Notes: generated from the sequence alone by a model not told the origin. A stretch of DNA of 63,905 nt, filler included, from Reticulomyxa filosa (GCA_000512085.1; 21 parts of 21 records of this genome joined end to end with filler, not necessarily neighbours in it); one strand, 5' to 3'. Positions 49,826 to 63,238 are shown, numbered from the whole stretch's first letter. Made by a program: numbers and translations.

Positions 49826-50217
49826 GGAACAATCGATGAGCGGAGACTGATCGCTCAGATCAAATTGGTAGTGCGTACGAATTTTCGCACTTTGGATTCA
49901 GGTGAAGATCTTGCTGCATTTTTTGACTCCAATTTGTATTCGTTTGGGTCGGACCCAAAAAGTTAGTTTTGAATGAAGCAGCGATTGAACTGGCGACAAA
50001 GTGGAAGGTGATGAAAAAAATAGCATTGAAGTTGGCAAGAAATACTCATTTGTGTCGATCGAGCAAAGGACTTCGTCTGGAGAATCGTTCAATGTGAAGG
50101 TGGCCCAGTTCGGTGGANNNNNNNNNNNNNNNNNNNNNNNNNNNNNNNNNNNNNNNNNNNNTTAATTAATTAANNNNNNNNNNNNNNNNNNNNNNNNNNN
50201 NNNNNNNNNNNNNNNNN

Positions 50218-50250
<33 letters not shown>

Positions 50251-50259
50251 TTAATAATA

Positions 50260-50974
50260 TTCTTCCTAGTAATCCTACCATAAATAATAGCAAAGAAGAA
50301 ACACCAACAACACCCAACTTGAAAGGAGGCAAAGTGGCAAATGTGATCAACGTAGCTCTTCCAACCGAGTCGATGACGACAATGAGCGATATTCAAAAAA
50401 CCGACCTTTCCTCATCCATTGCCACTGTCCCTTTTTCTATTCCTCAAAGTCAGTGCCGCTCTTGGACAAGTCCATTTGCCAGCAGTCTGAACAGCTGTCG
50501 CAACCAGACCACGACTTCGGGCGGGGTCATCTCTCTCAACCTTCACAAGACGTACAAAGCTGCAAACGATTGCGGCGCCAATAGCAACAATGGCGGAGAC
50601 GAGTCTGGGCCGAGATCGGATATGCATATCATGGACGCTTACGACACGTGGGTCGGAAGTGAACTCATAGCCCCGCCGACAGAGCAGCTCACATATGCCG
50701 CCATCGATCATAGTCTGGCTCCTTTGCCTCGCCATCTCACCACATACGACTCCGTCCATCCTGTCCATCCTGTCCATCCTGTCATCCCGCATTCTCCCCA
50801 TCCTTCTCCGTTCCTACTGACACCGCCACTAGCGTCGTTTCCGTTTGCTCTCATTCCAACTGGCCGTCTCAACAAGGGCCATCACATAACGATGATTATC
50901 ACGACGATTTTGACAATTTTGATACTTTTGATAATTATGACACTTTTGATAATTGTGATGACGATTATAATAAC

Positions 50975-51005
<31 letters not shown>

Positions 51006-51340
51006 GTGATAATGATGATAATGAAGAAGAAGAAGAAGAAGAAGAAGAAGAAGAAGAAGAAAAACAAAATGCTGATGCTACTGGAGATGACGGGGATGAC
51101 AATGATGATAATAATGACGGACGGCAAGTTGTAATGTATGAGGACAAAACACACACCCGCTTTTCCAATGGCACACGCTTCAATCCATGCAATCTGCCTC
51201 TTGGTATTCCAGACCGACAGACACACAGGTGCCACCATTTCCAAATGGAGCGTCATTTGGCAACAGACCACATTTCCAAAGCCAATCTTACTGTTCCGAT
51301 CTAGAAAACTGGAGCCAACACGATCGCACCATTTCAGGTA
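50260..51340 (+). CDS. Low-complexity Ser/Pro/Asp/Asn/Glu-rich exon of unknown protein
   Basis: ORF 50319-51134 and a frame-shifted acidic continuation, with (AAT)n and (GAA)n coding repeats. Confidence 0.4.
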
Positions 51341-51494
51341 ATCCCTTTTTTTTTTTTTTTTTTTTATTTTTTTTAGGCAAACAACAACAACAACNNNNNN
51401 NNNNNNNNNNNNNNNNNNNNNNNNNNNNNNNNNNNNNNTTAATTAATTAANNNNNNNNNNNNNNNNNNNNNNNNNNNNNNNNNNNNNNNNNNNN

Positions 51495-52427
51495 ATAGAA
51501 AGATTATGGCATGCTCTTGTGACAGAAGAAAAGAGTGACTCCATTGACCTTACTGTTATGGACGGTCATGTCTTCCCCTGTTTTCATCCTTCTGGAAAGT
51601 ATCACATGTTACGTATATATTGTATGCACTTTGTTGAAATCACTCGAAATTCTTAAAAGTATTTTTTTTTTTAAATTAATCAAAAAATAAAAAAGCATAT
51701 TTGCTATTGACGTCAGCAGTAGCATGGCTTGGGGCGATGTGCAACCCATGAGAGAGGAGACAAAAAACTATTCGTCTCCCTCCACGAACAAACACGGCCT
51801 AAATAATCGATTAGGCGCAGCGTATGATGCAAGTTGGGATATTTTTGAGCAAAAGAAAACATATTTATAACTCAGTTTTTGCAAATAAAAAAAAAGTATA
51901 TGAGTTGTAATCATTTGGAACACCATATTCACAATACTTTGGAAATAGTTCACTCGTTTATTCAACAACGATGGAGCACCGGATGCAAGGACAAAGGAAC
52001 GATTATTTTTTTTGATATGAAAGCCCAAATTATTAAAGAAGATATAGAATTTAATCTTGACACGGTGAGAGAGGTTATCTATCCAGCCAGTGTATCTTGG
52101 GGGGACACGTCGTTTCTTGAGGCTATTACATGCATCTATGAGGTCGTAAAACGGCATCAATCAAAACCCATTGTCGTTATTTTTTTAACTGATGGCAGAG
52201 ACGACGACAGGGGAGCTTCTGATCTTTTGGCAGAGATCAAGGCATTTTGTTTGAAAGGATTTCATTTCTTTCCTTGTCTTGTCTACACCAAAGATAGTTA
52301 CGTTTTGAATAAAATGGCAAGCAGAGTTGGTGCAAAAGTAAGAAGTGGCTTGCATGCAAATGATTTGGAAACTCAGTTTGTGGGATTTGCAAAGAAACTT
52401 GCTAACATTTCTTATACTCAAGACTAA
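51495..52427 (+). CDS. von Willebrand factor A (VWA) domain protein, 3' part
   Basis: MIDAS elements LLIDVSSSM (DxSxS), GDTSF and VVIFLTDG, spread across GT-AG exons. Confidence 0.85.
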
Positions 52428-52994
52428 AAACTTGTATTTTATTAAATTATTTCTTGTCTTGTGATTGTTGATAAATATTGTTGTAATTACTTTTATGTCA
52501 AATGCTTCTTTCATTGTAGAGAAGATTGCTTGTGTTTTAACACAATAAAAAAAAAAGCTCTATCGCGTAAGTTCAGGTAAAATCATAGATCGACTTGACA
52601 CCTTGATCAAGCTCTTGACATTTTGAAAAAAATGTATTTGGTTTGCTTTAAAAATATAAAAAGTAAACGAACAATCGAAAGATCTCTTTAAAAGTTTTTA
52701 TTACCTTCAAGCAAAGGAATTTGAGAAAAAAAGAAAGATGTTGATATGTTATACATAAAGAAACGAATAAAGAAGCCATTCTCAAACAGGAGGAAAAAAG
52801 ATTTGCAAAAAAAAGAATTCTTAGTTCTCTTTTAATTTTATGGAAAGTTTATAAAATTGCAAGATGCTTTTTGTGCGTAGATATTTTTCATATCTTTTTG
52901 ATTTTATTGGATTTTGTCAAAAACACGTTAAACTTTGTGGGCTGCAATACCAATTAGTTCACTTTTTCCTTAAAATTAAAGTTCAATTCACACA

Positions 52995-53900
52995 GCTGTC
53001 AAGTCGAAGAGAAAGTTGCTGGTAATGGATCTCGACGAAACGATGGTGTTCACGAGCTTTGACGTTTAGCTTGGATTTTTGGATTTGTTTATTTATTTAT
53101 TTGTCGATATTCACGTATTGTTTGTTTTATGGACAGAATACGCATTAAAAGAAATGTACATGCACAAATAATAATAATAAATAGAAATTGGACAAATCAG
53201 ACATGGTGATGAATGAAATGGACGAGTCAGAAAGAAAAGGAAAAGTATATGTTAAAAAGCGTCCGTTTTTGTAATGCTTTTTATTGGAATGTAATAAAAA
53301 ATACGATATAACTGTATTCACCGCATCTGGCACGCATTATGCTAATCCTGCATTAGACCAGATTGACAAGCACTGCGTCATCGTACATCGATTGTTTGGC
53401 GACAGCACTACAAAACTTGGCAACGTCAGATAATCAAAGTTTCGTTTATTTCTTTTTTTAAAATATAATTTTGTACGTACTTTTGCGTACATTACAAAAT
53501 GATAATGTTTATTTGTGTGATTGTGGATTGAACATATCGAAGGATCTAAGTCGACTTGACAAGCTGTTGCATGACATAATTTTAGTCGACGACGCCCCAA
53601 GCGTATATGTGGGACAGACGACGAACGCAGTCCCCATTAGCAAGTTTACTTTGGATGAACGTGACGAACAGGTTTCTATTGCAAACATATTCAAGCATTC
53701 AAATATTTTTTTTTTTTTAAAAAAGAAATAACTTGTATTGCAAAATTTGATCTAACGTAGTGTGTACTTGTATGTAATAGCTCAAGAGATTGTCTGGTGT
53801 CGTTAACAACACTGGCAGCAAAATTACAGATTTGATAGAAGTATTGGACGCAAGGCAATCATTTGAGTGTCTGTGTGACAAGGCAGCCCTGGATGGAAAA
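52995..53900 (+). pseudogene. NIF/FCP1-SCP-type HAD phosphatase with an in-frame stop
   Basis: LVMDLDETMV, YVKKRPFL*, TVFTAS..YA, KDLSRL, IILVDD and NAVPI. TAA at 53272-53274. Confidence 0.8.
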
Positions 53901-54071
53901 CATGTCCGGTATTACTCCTATTTTAGTATATAATATACACATATATGTATATACAAATATATATATAAAGCNNNNNNNNNNNNNNNNNNNNNNNNNNNNN
54001 NNNNNNNNNNNNNNNTTAATTAATTAANNNNNNNNNNNNNNNNNNNNNNNNNNNNNNNNNNNNNNNNNNNN

Positions 54072-54360
54072 ACTTATATACACATCATTGGAGGACAAAA
54101 TGACAAAAATACCACAGTATTAACTCATATGAAGACAAAAGTACTTGTATGGGGTCCTTCGCAATTGATAATAATTTATTCTATTGTAATCAAACACAAA
54201 TAAATTATATTGTATAAAATTGATAAACAAATAATAAATAATGAACAGTCAAAAAATGAAATAAAATTTGTCACTCAATATTGGATTCGAAACTTGAAGA
54301 TTAAATTAAGATGGATTGATGATTTTGATAAAATTATTATAAGATACAGTAAAGAAATAA
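54072..54360 (+). CDS. Kelch-repeat family protein, C-terminal fragment (possibly pseudogene)
   Basis: YIHIIGGQNDK..THMKTKV, an intron, then SKNEIKFVTQYWIRNLKIKL.WIDDFDKII. Paralogous to 63595-63815. Confidence 0.6.
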
Positions 54361-55177
54361 ATTTTGACATCTAAGTGCTACATTATATAGATTGAAGAAG
54401 CAAAATTGAACTATATATAATAACGTTGTCTTTAATATGGCTTTTTACGAAATATTTTTTGCTCTTTTTTAAATAACAATAAATATATTTTTTAACAACT
54501 ATTATTCACACGTTTACTAATTTTATTATTTTTATTCTTACTGATTTTTATAAAAAAATTAATGATATATGAAAGTTATTGTAACTTGTCGAAGTAATGC
54601 ATTGAATGAAGATATTCAAAATTATTTTAATTAGACCATGATCAATGATGTATCTTGATCACTTATAAAATGGACAATGAATTTGTATTCTTAAAAAATT
54701 GTTTGCATCGTTTAGAATTACACAAACGAAAGATTAGTAAATATTGATGATATGCCCTAACTTTTACCACAACACAAAATGTAATAACAATTTCATTTTT
54801 TATGAAAAAGTTTGTTTGTAATCACTTATTTTCTTTTTGTCTTGATTACTATGTCCTACAATCCTTCGTTTTGGAAAGCTACTTTTACATCCTTGTAAAT
54901 AGTAAAAAAAAATACAAAGTACGGTCTTAAGAAAGTAAAACAAAAAGAGATAATCAACAAGGTGTGTCTAGGTTAGCGAGGTCTTTTTTTTTTGAAATAT
55001 TATTATAAAAAAATCTTTGTACAATCATGGATACTGATACTGAGCAGCAAAACAAAAGACTTTTTTTTATGGATAGGTATTTGTACTTTTTATTTTCTGC
55101 ATTCCCATCTTTCTAACTTAAAAAAAAGTAACAACAATACACTACACGAAAGATATGAACTCAGAATTGAAGGGAAT

Positions 55178-55777
55178 ATGTTATTATGGGCAAATAAGAT
55201 CTTAGGCATGATGGCACTGATTTTGTTAATCGTTGATACCTGTGTATATGCAACAGGGAAGTTAAAACACATTGGCAACATCACAGTGGTGTTATTTGGA
55301 ATAACATTGGGATTGGCAATATTAGTGCTGTTGAGTTCATTACTCGGATATTTTGCTGCAAAGACCAAATTATCATCTTTGGTTCTTTTTTACATCTTAG
55401 CTTTAGTTTCGACAATTCAAGTGGAAATCGGTATTATAGGTTCTATTGTATTAATGTATTTTGATCCCAGCTTCCTGGAGAGTGCATGGAATAACTTCAG
55501 TGTCGAAGAACAACGTCAAGTTGAGCAAAAATTGAACTGTTGTGGATTTGATGGTGAAAGTTCTTCTGGAACAATAAATGGCACTTTGACGACCACTACT
55601 TTACTTCCTTGCACCGGGTGCAAGCAGGCTATGAAAAATAATTTGCGAGGATTATACAGTGCAAATGGAGCCATCATTGGCTGTTTGCTTGTGTATGAAA
55701 TTGCTCTTTTTGCGCGTATCATACGCTTGTATTGTCACAAAAAGACAGCTGAAAACAAAGACGATCTTTTAGTGTAA
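55178..55777 (+). CDS. Tetraspanin
   Basis: Four hydrophobic helices, and an extracellular loop with LNCCG and PCTGC. Confidence 0.88.
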   Translation: MLLWANKILGMMALILLIVDTCVYATGKLKHIGNITVVLFGITLGLAILVLLSSLLGYFAAKTKLSSLVLFYILALVSTIQVEIGIIGSIVLMYFDPSFLESAWNNFSVEEQRQVEQKLNCCGFDGESSSGTINGTLTTTTLLPCTGCKQAMKNNLRGLYSANGAIIGCLLVYEIALFARIIRLYCHKKTAENKDDLLV

Positions 55778-58700
55778 CTTAGTGTATTTCGTTTTTTATT
55801 AATTACTCATAAATATGATCATATACTTCACTAATGTAAATAGATTAATAAAATAAAAAACTCGAATTATTTTTACATATAGCAGAATTACTTCACTTTC
55901 AGGGACTTTTAACCTGACACTGTAAGGTGACAAACTGAAGGTCAGTTTTTGTTTGTTTATGAGCTGCAATTTTTGCAATTCGAAAATAGAAAAATGTCAA
56001 ACCTTTCGTTCTACGGCCAGAATTCACACGAAATTTTTGTTTTGGGCAAGAAAAGTATTTGAGAAGATTTATAGTCAAGGGTCAGCAACTGATTGAAAAG
56101 ATATCAAGTTTCACACAAGTGTTGGTTTATATAACAGCATTCCTAATGTAACGTAATTTATAAACGAACTTTTCAAGTTTGTCCGCACATCCTATTGGAT
56201 ATGCACGCACAAAGACAAAAAACAAAATAATATTAATTCAAGTAAATACTACAATAAATGAAATAATCATTCAAAAATGTAAAATGAGATAATTTTTGCA
56301 TTTGAAAAATAATAAGACCATTGACGCAACTACTTTTTTTTAATACAGATTTAAGATTTAAAATGTAATTGCAAATTTCCAACAACAGCATTTAATTGAA
56401 TTATTGGAAAGATTGGATAATAAAATTGACAAAATAACAATTTCTAAAACATGGAGAAATTGCAACCAAATTTTTATAGACACAAATATAAAATTACTCA
56501 TCTACTGTATATAATAATTTTATCAATCTTTCCTATTTTTATTTGAATAATGCAATATTTTTACAAATATGTAGTCGGTGAAATTAAAAATTGTTGTTAT
56601 CTTTATCATATTCAATTGATAACCCTGTCTTATTATAAACAACAACATTTGATAATTTTGTTTATTTTTTTCTTCCTTTATTTTCATTATTTCTTGCCCT
56701 GTCTATTTTCTAATTTTGATACAAAGCAATGACAACAATACAATCGTCAATCGGAAGATTATCATGCTTAATAAATTGAAATGTATTTAAATCAAACACA
56801 CTAATATCCNNNNNNNNNNNNNNNNNNNNNNNNNNNNNNNNNNNNNNNNNNNNTTAATTAATTAANNNNNNNNNNNNNNNNNNNNNNNNNNNNNNNNNNN
56901 NNNNNNNNNACAATGCCTTTGTCATTATGAAAAGCCAATACATGTCAATAGATTATTGTTTTTTTTCCCAGATAAAATGTAAAAATAAAAAATTTTGTTC
57001 AAATCTGAAAGATCAATATCAAGATATTGGCAAATAAATATGTTTTTAATTAGCAAAAAATATTTTTGAAAGTTAAAACGTCAGCAATTACTTTTTTTTT
57101 AATAAAAGGCAAAAAAAATAATTCTTATTTACGAGATTTCACAGGTCGGTCACAAGGGCGTTACGAGCAAGATCCCAAATTATGAGAGTGGTGAGGCAGT
57201 TAGTGAATGTCGCAAATAAGAAATTTTGTAACTATCTTTTTGAGGTAGTTACAAACCTCATTATTTGCAATTTATGTAGTTATTGCTAGACATTCAACAT
57301 TTTTTGTACAAATGATATGCAAATTAAGTGCTCAATGAAATGGAGCAAATGTCAATGAAAAAGAAATGAATATTTTATTTGTAAATGAAATTATAATGTA
57401 AATGTTTAACTGATTTTTTGGTGGTTTTTGTATCAGTCATTGCATCAGTAAATTTGATATATGCAACTTATTTATTTGTTTTTTGATGACATAACATGAG
57501 CAAATTTGTGGTGTTTAAGTATACGGTGTTCACAATTTTTTTTGTTCATAATAATATAATAAATCAGATTTTTAAACATTCAGATATGCTAAAAAAAATT
57601 GAAAGATTTTCGTTATTGTGTTATTGTTTATTAAAAATGAATCATAAAAGTTAATTGATAAAAATTTTGATCATTGTGATAGTTTATTTTGTGCTTTCTT
57701 TTGAGACAAAGAACTAAAATTGAATTGAGTAAAATGTCCAGAAAAGCAATCTCTCCAAAAAAAAACTTGACATAGAATTTGATAGCAATTTCTTTCAATT
57801 TTTTTTTACGAGATGGTAAATTCAAATGGATTTTTTTCTCTTTTTAATGCAATAAAATGTTCTAAATTGTTTGGAATTATGCAAGCACTTTTTGCAATTT
57901 TTTCCAAAAAAAACATAAGAAAGTGAAATGAGATTGTAGTGGAACAGAGAACTTTTTTGTTTTAGCAGACTAAATCAACGTTATCAACGGAACGAGAAAA
58001 GAAATTAAATATACTTCAAATGAAAACACTTGTGTTCTTTCAAAGAAAGAAAAAAGTGATTGTATGGAAAACAAAAACACTTCTACAAATAACACTTGAT
58101 TGTTTTGGTTATTGTCGGTTGTAATTGTTTAATTTTTTTAGCATTTTAGATTCTTATTATTTATTTATGAATATTTAAAAATAAAAATTAATCTTTTTCA
58201 TTATTGTATTTTTTCAAATTTTTCCACTATTTATTTGCAAAGATAGCAAATTATGAACCTATTCTTTAACGATTTGCTTCTTATTTGATATGACAAAAGA
58301 AAAAAAATTGGAACTTTTGGTTAAGATAACAAGCGCATCAAGAGTATACGAACACAAACCAAAATGCTGTAGAGATATGTCATCAAATGAAATCTGATGT
58401 ATTTTTTTTTCTTGCATTGCGTACACAATCAACTTTTTCTTGCAAAATTTGCATTTTTATGCATGGATCTAATAAATAAATAAAAAAATCAGATATTCGA
58501 TCTTATGTCTTTTTCACAGTTAAAAATAAATCTTGCAATATTACCTTTTGCTCGTAGATTGAAATTAATGGTGTATAATAATCAGTCTTAGAATTACAAA
58601 AAATCACCACAACAGTGGGGTCAATTGTTGCAATGAAGTGTATCAATATTACTGTACGCTTTAGCCTTTTTTTTTTGTAAGCACTTATTTACGTAAAACT

Positions 58701-59094
58701 TTTTTGCTGTACATTCAATCTGTCTAGCAAGATCGTGTTTTTATGTATTTTTTATCACTGTATTGTGACAATCTCATTTTAAAACATTCCAAATCTAATA
58801 GTTTAATGCATTGACTATCCATCTTGTAAAAAAGGATTCTGAAAAACAAAGATTCAATTTGGGGTGAAGTTGAAAAGTTCCTCTTTTTCGAAATTATCAT
58901 CAGTGGAAAAATGTCTGATACCGAAAACGAGAAAACAGAGGAAAACCACAGGTAGGTGTGCNNNNNNNNNNNNNNNNNNNNNNNNNNNNNNNNNNNNNNN
59001 NNNNNTTAATTAATTAANNNNNNNNNNNNNNNNNNNNNNNNNNNNNNNNNNNNNNNNNNNNAAAAAAAAAAAAAAAAAAAAAAAAAAAAGAAAC

Positions 59095-59623
59095 TTAATG
59101 TCCTTTGTTATGTTTATCTGTAATGAAGAATACATGAATTTTTAAAATAGCAGCGATTTCATTAATAACTCTGACGACATAAAGTAGCCAGCATACCAGC
59201 TCCCAAACAAAGATGAACAAAAGCACCTCCCCGCTGCTCATGGTAAGAACACGCGTGGTGGGTAAACATGCAAGCACATTGACATTAAAGAAAACGTCAA
59301 GGACACTGAAAATGGAAATGATGGGCAACAAAGCAAGCAAGTTGTAAAACTTGCGTGTTTTAAGTTTGCACACATCAGCTACAATGAGTCGATGCACTAA
59401 ACCACTAAAAATCAGCCCTTCGGTCCACAAAAACAAGTACGGGTGTTTTTCAAATGCTCCGGTCAAAGCCCAAAACACAAAGGTGATTAAAAACACTGAC
59501 ACTTGCACCAACTCGATATAGCTCCCAGGGTCCTCTTTCCCTTCTTTCATACATTTGGCATAGTACTCTCTAAGTAATTTTTTTTTTGTGATAAGGAAGG
59601 AAAAGTTTCGATTTTGCGAACAG

Positions 59624-59659
<36 letters not shown>

Positions 59660-60553
59660 ACCTGACTGCCAAAAATTCACTAATTGTAGTCCATATGCAA
59701 GCGAAAATCAAAACAAATAACAAAAGATCTCCTGTGTTCAATTGGAAATTCACAATCGATATCTTTGTTTGATAGATCTCGCAGCCAGCGATAGAGGAGA
59801 TAAGCAAGGAAATCCACCCGGTGACGTTTGCTTCACTGACACTGTAAAAGCCAAAAAAAAATTGACCTTGATGTCGACACCGCCAGTTCAACATGTAAAA
59901 CACAATGTAGGCACATATCATTGCGCCATGAAGCGTCCAACCCACACCGTATTGAGTTTGCGAAAGTTGAGTCATTAGGATCGGTGTGTATATAAATGCA
60001 TCACAGCCATGATCAAACAATTGCCCCAATGGAGAGCTATTTCCGGTTCGACGTGCTTGTTTGCCGTCTAAACCATCAAATGTGTGGTAGAAAAAAGCCC
60101 CTAACAACAGGACAAACCACACCCAACGAGGGCTACACTCGCTTAATCCTCCTCCCCATATTTGCCATACTGCATACGCGATTAGATACTTTTTTTTTTT
60201 TTTTTGGTTCCAAAAAAAAAAAAAAAACGTTTTCACTTGTTCAAAAGTAGAAAGGAAAAAAAACAAAAAAAATTCAGGAACAACGACCCTCTTTTTTTTT
60301 TTTTTTATCACTTCGGCCTTGTTCATTGTTTTTTGCTCGATTTTGTTACTGTTGGAAATACTTATCATCACCCAACTGAAATTGTTCCCAACAGGGTAAT
60401 CACATTTGGAGCTAACCAACGAGGTACCGCTTCAACGAGTATGTCCCAAAAAGGACTGAACACGTACTCGTCTAAAGGGGACTTGTTGCACACAAATTTG
60501 TGAGTTAATAGTGCCTTTTCTGCTGAAGGAGGTAAAATATTTCCATATTGCAT
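59095..60553 (-). CDS. CEPT1: Choline/ethanolamine phosphotransferase (CDP-alcohol phosphatidyltransferase), multi-exon
   Basis: PRWLAPNVITLLG and the signature DGLDGKQARRTGNSSPLGQLFDHGCD, with multiple transmembrane helices. Confidence 0.93.
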
Positions 60554-61444
60554 GTTTTCCCAAAGAGGGGCTAGCTGAGGCACGAATAGAAAACGACTTA
60601 AAGTTTTAAAATTTTTGTGGAGCTTTTTTAGAACCACAGACACGCCGACCTTGCCTTTTTTTGTTCAATATGGAAAAAGAAGAATAATAATGATTGTGAT
60701 AATAATAGTAATAATATTTTAGATTTATCTAAAATAAATTTAAGTTATTCTCAATATCAAAATTTACTTTTACAAAAAGTTTTTGTATTACAATCTGGTT
60801 TTCATGGTTGGATAAATGATCATTTTAAATTGTGTTATCCTTCTTCTGATCCTTATCATCATCCATTTATTTCCAATTTTCACCCAAACATGTGGGTTAT
60901 TACACAAGATCATTCTTTACAATTTCATTTTACTCATATTACTGAATAACATATATTATATTAAAAGATTATCTGAAGAACAAATTTTCAAAAATTTTGT
61001 CTGTTTATTTTCTTTTTATTCAAAAGTTTCTTTTCTTCATTTATTAAAAAAAATTATTAAATCATTTCCAATTTAATGGACAAAAGCGATTCATTTAGAT
61101 CGAATATATTTCGAAATTATCAATTGTAAAAAAAATTTCTTAATAGTGATTTTGAAAACTTACAACTACCTTCATGAAGTACATATCTTCAGCAATACGG
61201 TAATATAAAAATTACATTTTTAAACTTTGAAAAAAAGAAACGACAAAAATGATGCTAGATAAAAAAATAAAAAATCTGAAACTAGACCCTTTTTAATGAA
61301 CTCTTCAACTAGTAGTAATTTTGTTGTTATATTTTCTAATTAAANNNNNNNNNNNNNNNNNNNNNNNNNNNNNNNNNNNNNNNNNNNNTTAATTAATTAA
61401 NNNNNNNNNNNNNNNNNNNNNNNNNNNNNNNNNNNNNNNNNNNN

Positions 61445-61482
<38 letters not shown>

Positions 61483-61484
61483 AG

Positions 61485-62311
61485 ATACTATTCTTGGTCA
61501 TGTTATGGTAGCAATCTTGCTTACTCGGAATACTCGAGTTCATATTGCTATTCCAGCTACTTGTTGCGCACTGTGTACTACAGCAACAACTGTAACATCA
61601 GTTTGTACTGTGATTCCTCGACCACATACGACACCATTGGTTACAATGCCACCGGGTCCGGTCATAGTTCCAGCTCGAGTAGCGTTGGTACTATTGTTGG
61701 CTCGGTTGTTGGTGTCATTGTGTGGATCATCATTTGCATTGCGTTGTGTCGCTGTTGCCAAAGATGCAAAGAACGACGTCATCATCACCATCATCATATT
61801 CAGTACGTTCTTTTTTCCTTCCCCCTTCCCCTTCCCCTTCCCCAAGAATATCTTATTGAACTTTTTTTTAGTGTTTTTTTTTTTTTTTTTTTTGGGACGT
61901 ATATATAATTTTTTTAAAAAGAAAATTTGATCACACCCCTTTTTTTTTTTTTTTGTTTGCTTAAAATAAAGACCAGCACCTGTGATGATTAGTCAAAAGG
62001 ATCCACTGATTACCAAAACCACCCAGAGCACCTATGTCAATGTGAATGTCACCCAAAATCCACAGTACACATCGGGCTCGCATTATGTCAGTCTTCCAAA
62101 CACGCAAAATCCTCAGCAACAGTACCCACAGTATGTCGTGGGCCAAACAACCCCTAACTATATGCCCCCGTCTGGTCAGACTGCGTATTATAATAGCAAT
62201 TACACCAGCTCTAATGTCACTCCCAGCGCCCCAATGTACAATCCTAACGCTGCTCCTATGGCGTATGCAAGTGCTCCTGAATTAGATCCAAACCAACCTG
62301 AAGGACGATAA
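61485..62311 (+). CDS. Single-pass membrane protein with Cys-rich juxtamembrane segment and Pro/Tyr-rich tail, 5' partial
   Basis: Ser/Tyr/Cys ectodomain, TM helix IVGSVVGVIVWIIICIAL, CRCCQRC, an intron, then a tail containing PSAPMY. Confidence 0.7.
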
Positions 62312-62886
62312 AAAATCTCTTTGGTGTACTTGTCCTTTTCGTTTTTTTTTTTTTTTTTTTTTTGAATGAAGATTTACTGCTGGCAAAATTGGAATTTTTT
62401 GTTTTCTTTTCTTTGGACTACCATTTTGATTCCATTTTCCAAACCCAGCAAAAAAAATTTCGTTTTGTATTTTTTTTTTTGGATTTAAGTATCGGGTCGT
62501 ACCTACTTTTTTTTTTCTTTTGTGAAATTTGCCATTACGGGCTCCCTGCAGTTTTGCTATTCTTCCACTTAATTAGAAAATGATTGCAGTGGTACGGTTC
62601 TGCGAAATTTTGATTTGAAACTTTTTTTTTGCTTGTTTTCAATCGGATATTGTAGGGTGTGTCGGCGTAACATAACAAAATTTAAATCAATTTAAAAAAA
62701 AAAAGGTTTTTTATCATTTGCAAATAGAATCAAAATGATAGCACTTTCTTGTTTTGGTGAAACATTCATTGGTAAAGTTTGCTTGANNNNNNNNNNNNNN
62801 NNNNNNNNNNNNNNNNNNNNNNNNNNNNNNTTAATTAATTAANNNNNNNNNNNNNNNNNNNNNNNNNNNNNNNNNNNNNNNNNNNN

Positions 62887-63238
62887 TGCAGATAAAAATG
62901 TTCGTTTGTGGGATATTCGATCTAATCAACAAATTCAAGTGTTCAATGGACATTCAAGTATTGTGACGTGTGTTGAATATTCGTCATTTGTAATGAAGGA
63001 TAGTATTGGTAATTCAAATGTGATATGTTCTGGATCAGATGATAATACAATTCGTTTTTGGGATATTCGATCAAATAAGAATGAATTGCATATGATTAAA
63101 GGAGATGATAAAGAAGATAATGGAATATTTTGTCTTAAATTTATTGAATTGAAAAAGAAAGAGAAGACAAAGAATGTTACTTATGATTTAAATTTGTGTT
63201 ATGGCTCACTCAATGGTCTCATTCGTATTTGGGGATAA
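62887..63238 (+). CDS. WD40-repeat protein, C-terminal fragment
   Basis: VRLWDIRS, FNGHSSIVTCVEYS, ICSGSDDNTIRFWDIRS and GLIRIWG*. Confidence 0.92.

Noticed and set aside
53272-53274. Stop-codon reassignment (TAA/TAG read as an amino acid)
   Set aside because: Intact genes here end in TAA (kinase, caspase-like, tetraspanin, WD40), and long conserved exons contain no in-frame stops.
57241-57249. TGAGGTAGT identical to the let-7 5' end
   Set aside because: Only 9 nt match, the rest differs, and let-7 is animal-specific. Chance is sufficient.
2501-62886. Regularly recurring TTAATTAATTAA as a CRISPR-like or biological repeat, and gene neighbourhoods across it
   Set aside because: It is always embedded in exactly 44+44 N, so it is an artificial linker. 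Cross-linker synteny is meaningless, and ORFs ending in ...XXXLIN are artefacts.
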